Notes: generated by a model not told the origin, from the letters alone. Shown: positions 48,154-57,407, numbered from the stretch's first letter. The stretch is DNA of 64,000 bases from an uncultured Mollicutes bacterium (GCA_945936135.1 CAMESG010000002.1:107897-171896); one strand, 5' to 3'. Numbers and translations: made by a program.

Positions 48154-48396
48154 GCTTCCCTCCTTCCTTTCACGGGCACGTCTCTTCTTTAAGCGTGCTA
48201 GTAAATACTCAATAAGGGGATTAAGTCTTAAGCACGGCGAAATAAACCCTCATCAAGCATGCCTTAGAAAGGTGTATGCCCTTGATTTGCCGAATCAAAA
48301 ATATATCCCTTCACCTAATAGGCTTTTTGGAGGGCCAAAAGTTTGGGTTTTCGAGAAAGAAAATTAAAGAAAGCGGTTGCATTTGGTTACTCCCAC

Positions 48397-48408
48397 AGTC
48401 TCAACATG
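48397..48408 (-). repeat. Duplicated rlmD 3' sequence (att-like), left copy
   Basis: AGTCTCAACATG is identical to 50565-50576; on the minus strand it reads HVET and continues HVETVGVTKCNRFL*. Confidence 0.75.
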
Positions 48409-48453
48409 TAGCGAAATTAGATATGTATAGCCTTTTACTCATTGAAACAACAA

Positions 48454-48501
48454 ATGACAAGCCTTTTTCACCACCCGAAGCAAAGTATGACAAGCCTTTT
48501 T
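48454..48501. repeat. 15-bp direct repeat ATGACAAGCCTTTTT, two copies
   Basis: Exact copies at 48454-48468 and 48487-48501 (33 bp apart); partial AGCCTTTT at 48429. Confidence 0.8.
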
Positions 48502-48519
48502 AAGTAATTGGAAACATAT

Positions 48520-49818
48520 CTATGGTTTTAAACAGCCTAATGGAACTGTGTACACACCATTCTCATCTTGTATTGCGACATTTTGTGTTGTAATTACCAT
48601 TAGGAAAGCTGGTTTTGGATGTTCCTTTTCATCAATATCCGCTGCTAATTCAACAAGTTTTTTTGAAGCTTCTTTGATTTGTTCTTTGTCACTTAGTTTT
48701 ACTTCAACCAACGCCCAAGAACCATCTGCAAATGAAATGACAGCATCGGCTTCTCTATCAGCCTTATCTCGATAATGGTACACATCTGCTCCTATTGAAT
48801 CGCAGTAGATGCGCAAATCCCTAATTGCTAACGATTCGAATAATAGTCCAAAGGTTTTCATATCAGAAAACATGCTTTCGTGAGTAATACCCAAAGCGGC
48901 AGTTGCGATTGATGGGTCAACAAAATGCCTGGTGTTTTTTTCTCTAATAGCTGTTTTACTTCTCAAGTTAGGATTCCACGCTTCTAATTCTTCGATGACA
49001 TATAAGCGTTGTAGAGCAAGAAGATATTTTACAAATGTATCCTTATCGATTTCATCACCGTTTTCTTTCAAATCGGCTTTTATTGACTCGTTCGATGCTT
49101 CCGTTGAAATATTTCTAGAATACGATCGCATTAATTTTTTGGCTCTCTTTTCATCTTTTCTCAGAGGAATATCTTTCAATGAAAACAAGTCTTCACTTAC
49201 TAGACCGCTATAAAATGTTTTGGCTTGTTGCAATGCAATATCTATATCCTTATCAATTGCTAACGGCCACCCGCCTCTGCAAATTAAATATGAATAATCA
49301 AAAATATTTTTGTCACAAATAGCTGGCTTAAAAACATTGTTCTTTAAATCAGTTATTGAGATTTTTCCGTTACTGTCGCCACTTTCAAATAATGACATTG
49401 GCCTCATGACTCTTTTTATGATCCTGCCTGTTCCTGTATGTCTTTCATTTTCTTCCCCGGCCAATGAATTCGAAGCAGTGTTGTCAGTCACACTTCCGGT
49501 CAATATGTATTGGCCAAAGCCTCCATTCTCGTCAATGGCTTCCTTTATTGAATTCCAAATAAATGATATGACTTGCCATTCGTCAATCAGTATTGGTTTA
49601 TCTCCTTTATTCAGTAAAGCTTCTGGTGCATTTTTAGCAAGTTCAACATATTGATCCCTATCTTTCTTTTTCATTAAATCAATAATTGTTTTAGCATGTC
49701 TTTTTGCGGTTCTTGATTTACCACAATATTTAGGGCCAACAATTTGGACGGCACCAACAGTTTTTAAATAGAATTCAAGCTCTTTATCAAATAGTCTATC
49801 AATGTATTCTTTTTCCAT
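48520..49818 (-). CDS. AAA_14 ATPase with DUF4143 domain and C-terminal PD-(D/E)XK-like region
   Basis: 'GPKYCGKS', Walker B 'LIDEWQ', 'ILTGS', 'GGWP', 'GLLFE', 'YRD...READ....LVEVKL'. Confidence 0.88.
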   Translation of the reverse strand: MEKEYIDRLFDKELEFYLKTVGAVQIVGPKYCGKSRTAKRHAKTIIDLMKKKDRDQYVELAKNAPEALLNKGDKPILIDEWQVISFIWNSIKEAIDENGGFGQYILTGSVTDNTASNSLAGEENERHTGTGRIIKRVMRPMSLFESGDSNGKISITDLKNNVFKPAICDKNIFDYSYLICRGGWPLAIDKDIDIALQQAKTFYSGLVSEDLFSLKDIPLRKDEKRAKKLMRSYSRNISTEASNESIKADLKENGDEIDKDTFVKYLLALQRLYVIEELEAWNPNLRSKTAIREKNTRHFVDPSIATAALGITHESMFSDMKTFGLLFESLAIRDLRIYCDSIGADVYHYRDKADREADAVISFADGSWALVEVKLSDKEQIKEASKKLVELAADIDEKEHPKPAFLMVITTQNVAIQDENGVYTVPLGCLKP

Positions 49819-49856
49819 ATTGATTTACCTCATTAATAGTATACTTTTTTAGGATT

Positions 49857-49917
49857 AAACCGCAAGTTTGGATTAAACAAAACCGCAAGTTTGGCATAAA
49901 AATAATGGTAAGTTTGG
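49857..49917. repeat. Three phased AAGTTTGG repeats (23-bp period) over the AAA gene promoter
   Basis: AAGTTTGG at 49864, 49887 and 49910; AAACCGCAAGTTTGG exact at 49857 and 49880; minus-strand TTGCGG-16-TATACT. Confidence 0.8.
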
Positions 49918-50408
49918 CAAAACCAATGGCGAAAAATAATAGCATACCGCTATCACCTATTCTTCTTGATATTAATGCTTTATTATATAAATATAATAAG
50001 TGATTGACGTTGGACAGTCAGACTTATCCAGTTTTGTCTAAAATCATCTATTCGTATTATGTCGTGTTTTGAAGCATTTGCGAGCGGGCTTTTTTGCTTT
50101 TCTGACGAAGCTTAAAATGGGGCTTGTTTTGAGCTGCAGCCTGGTATTTGCATAGGTATTGCGACAAAGCTTCTCTATGGGCTTGTTTGATAGCTTAAAA
50201 TGAGTCTGGTCGCAGGGTTTAAGCAAGGGCGGCAGGCTAGGGCGGGTGTATTAGTTTATATATCTATATATAAGGTTGAGGTAAGTAAGTATTATTTGTC
50301 TATATGGTATGTAAGTAAGTTGGTTGATCTATATATAAGGGAAATAAAGAGTAAGTGAATATATATAACTAATATTTTTTTATAAGGGCGGGGGAGAAAG
50401 AGAGTAAT

Positions 50409-50438
50409 AAAAAAAGATCTATGGGTGAGATAGATCTT
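50409..50438 (-). terminator. Terminator downstream of rlmD, supplied by the inserted cassette
   Basis: AAGATCTAT/ATAGATCTT stem followed by a T-tract on the minus strand. Confidence 0.6.
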
Positions 50439-50534
50439 AGTTTGTTTTGTTTGTTAGTAATTATCTATGTTTGTTGAATAGTAATGTTTAGACTATTTTG
50501 AATGATTTGATTTAGATAATTACATTAGGCCTTT

Positions 50535-51902
50535 TTAGCCGTTTTTCCTCGTCAGTGCAACTATAGTCTCAACATGGAACGATCTTGGGAACATATCCAC
50601 GGGTTGAACCGATTCAATCAAGTAGGCTTTAGATAGATAAGCAACATCCCTCGCCAACGTGGAGGGGTCACAAGAGATATAAACCACCCGTTTCGGTTTT
50701 AAAGCCAAAACCGCTTTTAAGAACCGCTCATCACTTCCCTTACGCGGAGGATCCATGAAAAGGACATCGACTGGTTCTTCGTTTTTCGCCATCTGAACCA
50801 TAAACGAAGAAGCGTCATCACAATACATTTCAAAGTTGTCGATATGGTTTTCTTTCGCGTTCCTTCTTCCGTCTGCGACCGCTTCTTTGACGATCTCGAC
50901 GGAGATGACCTTCCCGCAGTCTTTCGCTGCGATAAGGCCAATGGTTCCGATCCCAGAATAGGCATCGAAAACAATATCGTCTTTGGTTAATTTCGCCGCC
51001 TTCATCGATTCACCATAAAGGACTTCCGTCTGGATTGGATTCACTTGAAAAAAAGACTTCGGGGAGATACGGAAATGGACGCCGCACAAATCGTCCTCAA
51101 TATAGCCCTTGCCATAAAGGACGTTTTCCTTTTCTCCAAGGATAACGTTGGTTTGTCTCGTATTGATGTTTTGAACAATCGTTGTGATTTCCGGCACGGC
51201 TTGAACCAAGGCTTTCACGAAGTTGTTTCGCGATGGGAAGCGATCGACGTTGGTCACGAGAACCACCATCATCTGAGGATAATGTCTTGATGTTCTGATC
51301 AATAAATGGCGCAAAATCCCCGTGCGAGTATCGTTATCATAAGGATCGATGTGCATGCTTTTCATCAAAGAACGAACGGTTTTGAACACCTTTTCGGAGC
51401 GTTCGTCTTCAATGAAGCACTTCTCTACCGGAACGATAGAGTGCGTGCCCATTTTGTAAAACCCAGAGACAACGTTGCCTCTGCGGTCTTTGCCGAAAGG
51501 CATTTGAATCTTGTTGCGGTAATACTCCGGCTTCTCCATGCCAAGGCAAGGAAAAGGATCGATATCCATGCGGGCAATCTTTCGGAACTGCTCTTTCACT
51601 TTCTTGGTTTTGAAACGAAGTTCCGCTTCATAGGAATAAGGCTGGAAGCAGCATCCGCCACAGGCAGAATGGATTTTGCAAAGGGGCTGAATGCGATCTT
51701 TGGAAAGTTTGCTTAAAGAGCGAACGCGACCGAAAAGTTGTCCGGCGCGCCGGTATTCGATTTCAACATCGCCTTCGTCCCCGGGGAACATCCCAGGAAC
51801 GAAAACGATCTCGTTGCCTTTTTTCGTTACACCAAGCCCTTCGAAGGATAAATCGAAGCACGCGGCGTGGAACGTTGTTTTTTCAAAAGGTTTTCCACCC
51901 AT
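50535..51902 (-). CDS. rlmD: 23S rRNA (uracil-5)-methyltransferase RlmD/RumA
   Basis: TRAM-like N-terminus, 'C.....CGGC', 'SFFQVN', 'DAYSGIG', 'DPPRKG', 'YISCDPSTLARD', 'DMFP...HVE'. Confidence 0.95.
   Translation of the reverse strand: MGGKPFEKTTFHAACFDLSFEGLGVTKKGNEIVFVPGMFPGDEGDVEIEYRRAGQLFGRVRSLSKLSKDRIQPLCKIHSACGGCCFQPYSYEAELRFKTKKVKEQFRKIARMDIDPFPCLGMEKPEYYRNKIQMPFGKDRRGNVVSGFYKMGTHSIVPVEKCFIEDERSEKVFKTVRSLMKSMHIDPYDNDTRTGILRHLLIRTSRHYPQMMVVLVTNVDRFPSRNNFVKALVQAVPEITTIVQNINTRQTNVILGEKENVLYGKGYIEDDLCGVHFRISPKSFFQVNPIQTEVLYGESMKAAKLTKDDIVFDAYSGIGTIGLIAAKDCGKVISVEIVKEAVADGRRNAKENHIDNFEMYCDDASSFMVQMAKNEEPVDVLFMDPPRKGSDERFLKAVLALKPKRVVYISCDPSTLARDVAYLSKAYLIESVQPVDMFPRSFHVETIVALTRKNG
50565..50576 (-). 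repeat. att-like HVET site within the rlmD 3' end, right copy
   Basis: AGTCTCAACATG identical to 48397-48408. Confidence 0.75.
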
Positions 51903-53518
51903 TAAGCCGCTGCCTTCTCTTTCGGGGCCGCCATCATCTCTTTGATGGCCTCCACTTCTTTCTCCGCATCCAAACGCGGAAAGAGCTGTTCGCCTTTGTT
52001 CACGATCTTGCCGTTAAGCGCTCCCTGGTTACGGATCGTTTCATAGCCGCGTTCATCTTGACCAAGTCCAAGTTGATCAAAGATCGCGTCGGACTTATGG
52101 ATGAGGATCGGCTTCATGAGCATGCCGGCGACGTGGAGGACGCGGGCAAGGTGGGCCATGACCGAAGCAAGGTCTTTGGCCTTCGTGGGATCCTTTGCAA
52201 GGGCCCACGGGGCGTTTTCTTCAATGTACTTGTTGGCGCGAGAAACGAGGTTCATGACCGCTTCATAAGCTTCCGTGATCTTAAGGTCATCCGAAAGCGT
52301 TTCATAACGGGTAATCGTCAAATCGATGAGATCTTCCAGTTCCTTGTCCGTTGGGGTGACATTCGCTTCAAACGCGGGGATTTGTCCTTGGTAGTACTTC
52401 CCGATCATCGATACCGTGCGGTTAAGCAAATTGCCAAGGTTGTTGGCCAAGTCTTGGTTCAAACGCATCACGAATTGTTCGGGCGTGAAGGTTCCGTTCT
52501 CCCCAAAAGGAATCTCGCTGACAAGGTAATAACGGACGGCATCAACGCCATAACGCTCAATAAGGGGATAGGCAGAGATCGCGTTGCCTTTGGACTTGCT
52601 CATCTTGCCGTCTTTCATCATCAATAGGCCGTGAACAAAGACACGATTCGGTTCACGAAGATCCAAAGACTTCAAGAACATCGGCCAATAGATGGTGTGG
52701 AAGCGGGTGATGTCCGCGCCAATGACGTGGACGATCTCGGTGTCGGGGTCATTCCAGAAATATTGGAATTTGGAATCATCGTCCTGGAGATAACCAAGGG
52801 TCGTAATGTAGTTCGTCAAAGCGTCAAGCCAAACGTAGACGACGTGTTTTGGATTTTCTAACACAGGGACGCCCCAGGAAAAGGAGGTTCTCGAAACGCA
52901 AAGATCTTGTATGCCGTTTTTCAAGAAGGTGTTCACCATCTCGTTCTTGCGGCTTTCTGGCGTGATAAACGAGGGGTGATTTGCAAGGAAATCATTCAAA
53001 AAGGATTCGTATTTCGTGCAGCGATAGAAATAGGCTTCTTCGGAGGCCATCTCCACGGGGCGATGGCATTCCGGGCAATAATGGACGCCTTCCTCTTCCT
53101 CGACTTGGGTCTCCGTCCAGAAGGTCTCTTCATGGACGCAGTACCAACCAGAATAGGAAGAGAGGTAGATATCGTCTTGTTTCAACATGCGGGAGAAGAT
53201 CTTCTGGACCGCTTGCGTGTGGCGTTCTTGGGTGGTGCGAATGAAATCGTCGTTGCTGATTTCCATCGCCGACCAAAGGGAAAGGAACTTCGTTGCGACT
53301 TCATCGACGAAGGCCTGCGGGGTCACCCCTTTGGCTTCGGCGTTCTTTTCAATTTTCTGTCCGTGTTCATCCAAACCCGTGGCAAAGAAAACGTCATAGC
53401 CGCGCATCCTCTTCCCGCGAGCGATGACATCACACATCGTGGTGCAGTAAGCGTGGCCCAAATGAGGCGATGCGCTCGGGTAATAGATTGGGGTGGTGAT
53501 ATAGAATTTCTTTGACAT
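51902..53518 (-). CDS. metG: Methionine--tRNA ligase (short form, no C-terminal tRNA-binding domain)
   Basis: 'YITTPIYY', HLGH, 'GLDEHGQK', KMSKS. Confidence 0.96.
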   Translation of the reverse strand: MSKKFYITTPIYYPSASPHLGHAYCTTMCDVIARGKRMRGYDVFFATGLDEHGQKIEKNAEAKGVTPQAFVDEVATKFLSLWSAMEISNDDFIRTTQERHTQAVQKIFSRMLKQDDIYLSSYSGWYCVHEETFWTETQVEEEEGVHYCPECHRPVEMASEEAYFYRCTKYESFLNDFLANHPSFITPESRKNEMVNTFLKNGIQDLCVSRTSFSWGVPVLENPKHVVYVWLDALTNYITTLGYLQDDDSKFQYFWNDPDTEIVHVIGADITRFHTIYWPMFLKSLDLREPNRVFVHGLLMMKDGKMSKSKGNAISAYPLIERYGVDAVRYYLVSEIPFGENGTFTPEQFVMRLNQDLANNLGNLLNRTVSMIGKYYQGQIPAFEANVTPTDKELEDLIDLTITRYETLSDDLKITEAYEAVMNLVSRANKYIEENAPWALAKDPTKAKDLASVMAHLARVLHVAGMLMKPILIHKSDAIFDQLGLGQDERGYETIRNQGALNGKIVNKGEQLFPRLDAEKEVEAIKEMMAAPKEKAAA

Positions 53519-53602
53519 GGATTAACCTCCGAAATGGCGTAGGTTTTAAACGCTGGGATTATAGCATAGGAGCACGTCCATAAGGACGTAGGACTTAGAA
53601 CG

Positions 53603-53630
53603 AAAAAGCCGCCTCCAACAAGGAAGCGGC
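53603..53630 (-). terminator. Terminator after rpmE
   Basis: GCCGC.TCC/GGA.GCGGC stem plus T-tract on the minus strand. Confidence 0.65.
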
Positions 53631-53645
53631 CCAAATCCGAAAAAA

Positions 53646-53864
53646 TTACTTCGATTCTTTTTTGACTTTGGCGAGCTTCTTGTTGAAGCGGTCGATACGG
53701 CCGTCCGCCATGACAACACGTTGGCTGCCGGTGTAGAAGGGGTGGCACTTCGAGCAGGTGTCGACTTTGATGTCACCGATCGTGGAACCGGATTCGAAGA
53801 CACTGCCACAGGTGGTGCAGGTGATGGTGCAGTGGCGGTAATTCGGATGGATGTCTTTCTTCAT
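53646..53864 (-). CDS. rpmE: 50S ribosomal protein L31 (Zn-binding type A)
   Basis: 'MKKDIHPNY', C..C...CSKCHPFYTG; AAGGAG SD; start 53864. Confidence 0.96.
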   Translation of the reverse strand: MKKDIHPNYRHCTITCTTCGSVFESGSTIGDIKVDTCSKCHPFYTGSQRVVMADGRIDRFNKKLAKVKKESK

Positions 53865-53953
53865 TTTCGTTAACTCCTTTCGCCGTGCGGGCCTTTGCCG
53901 CACAGAGAGCCTTGAAAGTATACGCATTATGCGCAGAAGAAACAACCACGACT

Positions 53954-54592
53954 TTAAGCCGCCCGGTTTTCTTCTATGGGGGCGTCCTCTTCCGTTTCTT
54001 TAAAGTAGCGGGCGTAACCTTCCGAATAGGCTTCGCTCCAGAAACGCTCGGGCAAAACGAGCAATTCTTTCGATACATCTTGGTTCGCGAGGAAGAGGTT
54101 GATCCCGAGATGAAAGTCGAAGACGTGATCTTTGTGGAAATATAGGATCGATAAATAAACGGGGATACCTTTGGTTAAGCCAGGGTCGATCAAGAGCATC
54201 GATGCATCCGCGTACTTTTCATGCAAGGCGAGTTCAACTTTCTCACGGCGCCACTTCTTCTTTTGCCCGTAACGCGTTTCGAGCAAGGGCAAGAGCTCAT
54301 CGTATAACGTTGGGTCTTCTTGAAATTTGCGGTTCGGGCTCCAAAGAACCCAGATGGGGTAATATTCCGAATCGCTATCCGGACGGCGATAGGACTTGAA
54401 GACCAAGCCGTAATAGACTTGACTCGACAAAACCAGTTTCCCTCTTTTGTGATAACTAGGCGAAAAACAGCCGAGCATCTTTGTTTTCGTGCTGTATTTT
54501 CCTTCGATGTAACGGCGTTCGTCCTTGTTCAATAAAAGGGATTCTTTCGCCCATTGCTCTCGCGTTTCTTCTAGCAATTTTTGCCAATTCAT
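53954..54592 (-). CDS. Hypothetical protein
   Basis: ORF filling the rpmE-tldD gap; TACAAT 6 nt upstream of ATG 54592. Confidence 0.65.
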   Translation of the reverse strand: MNWQKLLEETREQWAKESLLLNKDERRYIEGKYSTKTKMLGCFSPSYHKRGKLVLSSQVYYGLVFKSYRRPDSDSEYYPIWVLWSPNRKFQEDPTLYDELLPLLETRYGQKKKWRREKVELALHEKYADASMLLIDPGLTKGIPVYLSILYFHKDHVFDFHLGINLFLANQDVSKELLVLPERFWSEAYSEGYARYFKETEEDAPIEENRAA

Positions 54593-54666
54593 TTTGTTAT
54601 TGTACATTTTTATCCTTGCCTTACACTATGCCATACTCTGCGATAAATCAAAGAAAGGAAAGCGCA

Positions 54667-56076
54667 ATGATCAGCAAAAAAACCGCGATGATGGTTCTCA
54701 ATGCTGCCCTCGCGACCGGCGGGGACTATGCCGAAATCTATTGTGAAGAAACCAATGGCGAAGGCATCCTTCTCGAAAACGGGAAGATCGAAAGCGTTGG
54801 CAAGAGCCAAAGTTATGGATGCGGCATTCGCATCTTCCAAAAGAACCGTTCCGTCTATGGATACACAAGCGACCTAAGCCTCAAATCGCTTACGGCGTTA
54901 GCGACCTCCCTCGCCGGATCTTTTGAAGGGGAGCGCCTCATCACCGTTACAAATATCAAAAAACAAAAAGTGAAGGAAATTGGGAAGATCGAAGATCACC
55001 TCTTGGATGTTCCCGTCGAAGAAAAAGCGGCCTTGCTCCGCGAATGCTATGAGGAAACGAAGGCCGTCGATCCGCGCCTTGTTCGCATCATCAATGGTTT
55101 GACCTCCACCGAACGTACCTTCCACCTCTTCACGGCGGAAGGCGAAACCGCGAAATACTTCGTGAACACCGAAGAACGCGGACGCATCGCGATGCAGGCG
55201 ATTGCGGCAGGAGCCGACGGGAAGATCGAAGTCTCCTTCTCGGCGCCCGGAAAAAGCGATGGTTGGCACTACTTCAAAGACGTTTTAAACACCAAAGAAG
55301 AAGCAAGGAAAGTTGGCGAGAAAGCCATCATGTTCCTCACGGCGGACGAATGTCCCTCGGGGCGTTATACCGTGGTGATCGCCAATGGTTGGGGTGGCGT
55401 CCTCTTCCACGAAGCCTGCGGGCACAGTCTCGAAGCGACCGCGACCGCCAAACACCTCTCTGTCTTCTCCGATTCGATCGGGCAGCAAATCGCTTCTCCC
55501 CTCGTCACGGCCTATGACGATGGAACCATGCCTTATGAATGGGGTTCGAACAACATCGACTCCGAAGGCAACAAAACCCAAAAGAACCTTCTTATCAAAG
55601 ACGGCATCTGCAAAGGGTTTATGGTCGATAAACTCAACGGACGCCGCTTGGGCATGCCAGCCAACGGGACCTCGCGTCGCCAAAGTTACCGCTTTGCCCC
55701 GACCTCCCGCATGAGCAACACCTACATCGCCCCGGGCAAGGATTCTCCAGAAGACATCATCAAAGACACGAAGCTCGGCATCTATGTTGCGAACTTCGGC
55801 GGGGGCTCGGTTGAACCGACGACCGGAGAATTCAACTTCTCCGCGAGCGAAGCCTACATCATCCGCGACGGAAAGATCTGCGAACCCGTCAAGGGTTGCA
55901 CCTTGATCGGTTCCGGAAAAGAGGTCTTGATGAACATCGATCGCGTTGGCAACGACCTTGCCTTAGGCCAAGGAAATTGCGGATCCGTCTCTGGATCGAT
56001 TCCCGTCAACGTTGGACAGCCCACCATTCGAATCAAGGAAATCACCGTTGGTGGAAGAGGAGGAAGATTAGAATGA
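54667..56076 (+). CDS. tldD: TldD metalloprotease subunit
   Basis: 'HEACGH' zinc motif, 'PTSRMSNTY', 'GNCGS..G.IPV.VGQP'; AAGGA SD. Confidence 0.93.
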   Translation: MISKKTAMMVLNAALATGGDYAEIYCEETNGEGILLENGKIESVGKSQSYGCGIRIFQKNRSVYGYTSDLSLKSLTALATSLAGSFEGERLITVTNIKKQKVKEIGKIEDHLLDVPVEEKAALLRECYEETKAVDPRLVRIINGLTSTERTFHLFTAEGETAKYFVNTEERGRIAMQAIAAGADGKIEVSFSAPGKSDGWHYFKDVLNTKEEARKVGEKAIMFLTADECPSGRYTVVIANGWGGVLFHEACGHSLEATATAKHLSVFSDSIGQQIASPLVTAYDDGTMPYEWGSNNIDSEGNKTQKNLLIKDGICKGFMVDKLNGRRLGMPANGTSRRQSYRFAPTSRMSNTYIAPGKDSPEDIIKDTKLGIYVANFGGGSVEPTTGEFNFSASEAYIIRDGKICEPVKGCTLIGSGKEVLMNIDRVGNDLALGQGNCGSVSGSIPVNVGQPTIRIKEITVGGRGGRLE

Positions 56077-57395
56077 ATTTCAAAAAGTTTTTTGAGATCT
56101 GCGAGGAAAAAGGAATCGCGGAATCGCAAATCGTGATCTCTCGCAGGAAATCCACCTCGATCCGTCTCTTCAAGGGAGATATTGATTCCTTCAACATCGC
56201 GGATGCACAAACCGTCACGGCCTGCGGCATCGTTAACGGCAAGTTCGGTTCCGCAACGACTCAAAAATTGACCAAAGATACCTTTGCTTATCTCGCCGAT
56301 CAAATTTTGGTTGCCGCGAAGTTTAACGAAAAAGAAGGCGAAGCAAGTCTCTTTGAAGGTTCGCCTCGTTACAAGAAAGGAAACGTCTACGACGAATCCT
56401 TGGCCAAGACTTCCACGGAAAAGAAGATCGAGATTCTTCATCAGATCGAGGATGCGATCTATGCCGCGGATCCCTGCGTCACCGACGCGGATTCCGTCTC
56501 CTATAGCGAATCCGATATCTCGGATGAGTTCTATAATTCGCACGGCTTGAAGCTCAAGCAAAAATCGAATTACTTCTACTTCTTGGCGGGTGCCGTGTGC
56601 AAAAAAGGCGAGGAAGTCAAAACCTTCTACGATTCCTTTATCGATTGCGATCTAAGCAAGTTCCAGGTCGAGCCCTTCGTGAAGAAAATCGTGGATGGCG
56701 CCTTGAAGAAATTCGGCGGCGCTCCTTGCGAAGCCAAGAAATATCCGACCGTCCTTCATCACGACGTCATCTCGGATCTCGTAAGCGCCTTCCTCTCCTC
56801 CTGTTCCGCGGAAGAAGTTCAAAAGCATTCTTCGTTCTTGGAAGGGAAACTCGGCGAGAAGATCGCTTCAAGCAAACTCACCATCGAAGAGAAGCCTCTT
56901 ACGAAGAACATCTACTTCAGTTACTTCGACGCGGAAGGTGTCGCGACCAAGAATAAGGTCGTCGTCAAAAACGGCGTGCTCAAAACCTATTTCCATAACC
57001 GCGAAACCGCGAAGAAGGACGGCGTTGAAAGCACCGGAAATGCCGCTTGGGAAGGATCGAAGATCGGCATTGGCTGCGGAAACCTCTTCGTGAAGCCCGG
57101 CAAGCAATCCTTTGACGAAATGATCGCGGGCATTGAAGATGGTGTCTTCATCACGGAGACCGCCGGCTTAGGGACCGGGATGAACGCCAGCTCCGGCGAC
57201 TTCTCCTGCCAAGCCGAAGGATTCCGCATCCGTAACGGAAAAATCGCTGAGCCGCTCAATCTGATTACCCTCTCTGGCAATCTATTGACCATGCTCAAAG
57301 ACTTGAAAGCCTTCTCCAACGAGCCCATCTTGACGAACAACGCGATTTCCATCGCTGACGCTTACATCAAGAAAATGCCCATCGGAGGCATGTAA
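56073..57395 (+). CDS. pmbA: PmbA/TldE subunit
   Basis: 'FDAEGVAT', 'STGNA', 'SGDFS...EGF.I.NG', no HExxH; ATGA overlap with tldD. Confidence 0.9.
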   Translation: MNFKKFFEICEEKGIAESQIVISRRKSTSIRLFKGDIDSFNIADAQTVTACGIVNGKFGSATTQKLTKDTFAYLADQILVAAKFNEKEGEASLFEGSPRYKKGNVYDESLAKTSTEKKIEILHQIEDAIYAADPCVTDADSVSYSESDISDEFYNSHGLKLKQKSNYFYFLAGAVCKKGEEVKTFYDSFIDCDLSKFQVEPFVKKIVDGALKKFGGAPCEAKKYPTVLHHDVISDLVSAFLSSCSAEEVQKHSSFLEGKLGEKIASSKLTIEEKPLTKNIYFSYFDAEGVATKNKVVVKNGVLKTYFHNRETAKKDGVESTGNAAWEGSKIGIGCGNLFVKPGKQSFDEMIAGIEDGVFITETAGLGTGMNASSGDFSCQAEGFRIRNGKIAEPLNLITLSGNLLTMLKDLKAFSNEPILTNNAISIADAYIKKMPIGGM

Positions 57396-57407
57396 TCCTT
57401 TATAAGG

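Larger units (their letters stand above)
48409..50564. mobile_element. AT-rich ~2.2 kb integrase-less cassette inserted at the rlmD 3' end
   Basis: Flanked by the 12-bp direct repeat; abrupt AT-rich composition relative to rlmD; carries one AAA/DUF4143 gene and ~700 bp of non-coding repeats. Confidence 0.65.

Noticed and set aside
49857-49917. Short repeats here and at 48454-48501 as a mini-CRISPR array
   Set aside because: Repeats are 8-15 bp with 8-18 bp gaps and only 2-3 copies, with no cas genes; they fit operator or accessory sites better.
53519-53600. T-box riboswitch upstream of metG (also checked for cysS)
   Set aside because: Leaders are too short: TGcTATAAT lies about 40 nt from the metG ATG and cysS looks leaderless. 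No T-box consensus seen.
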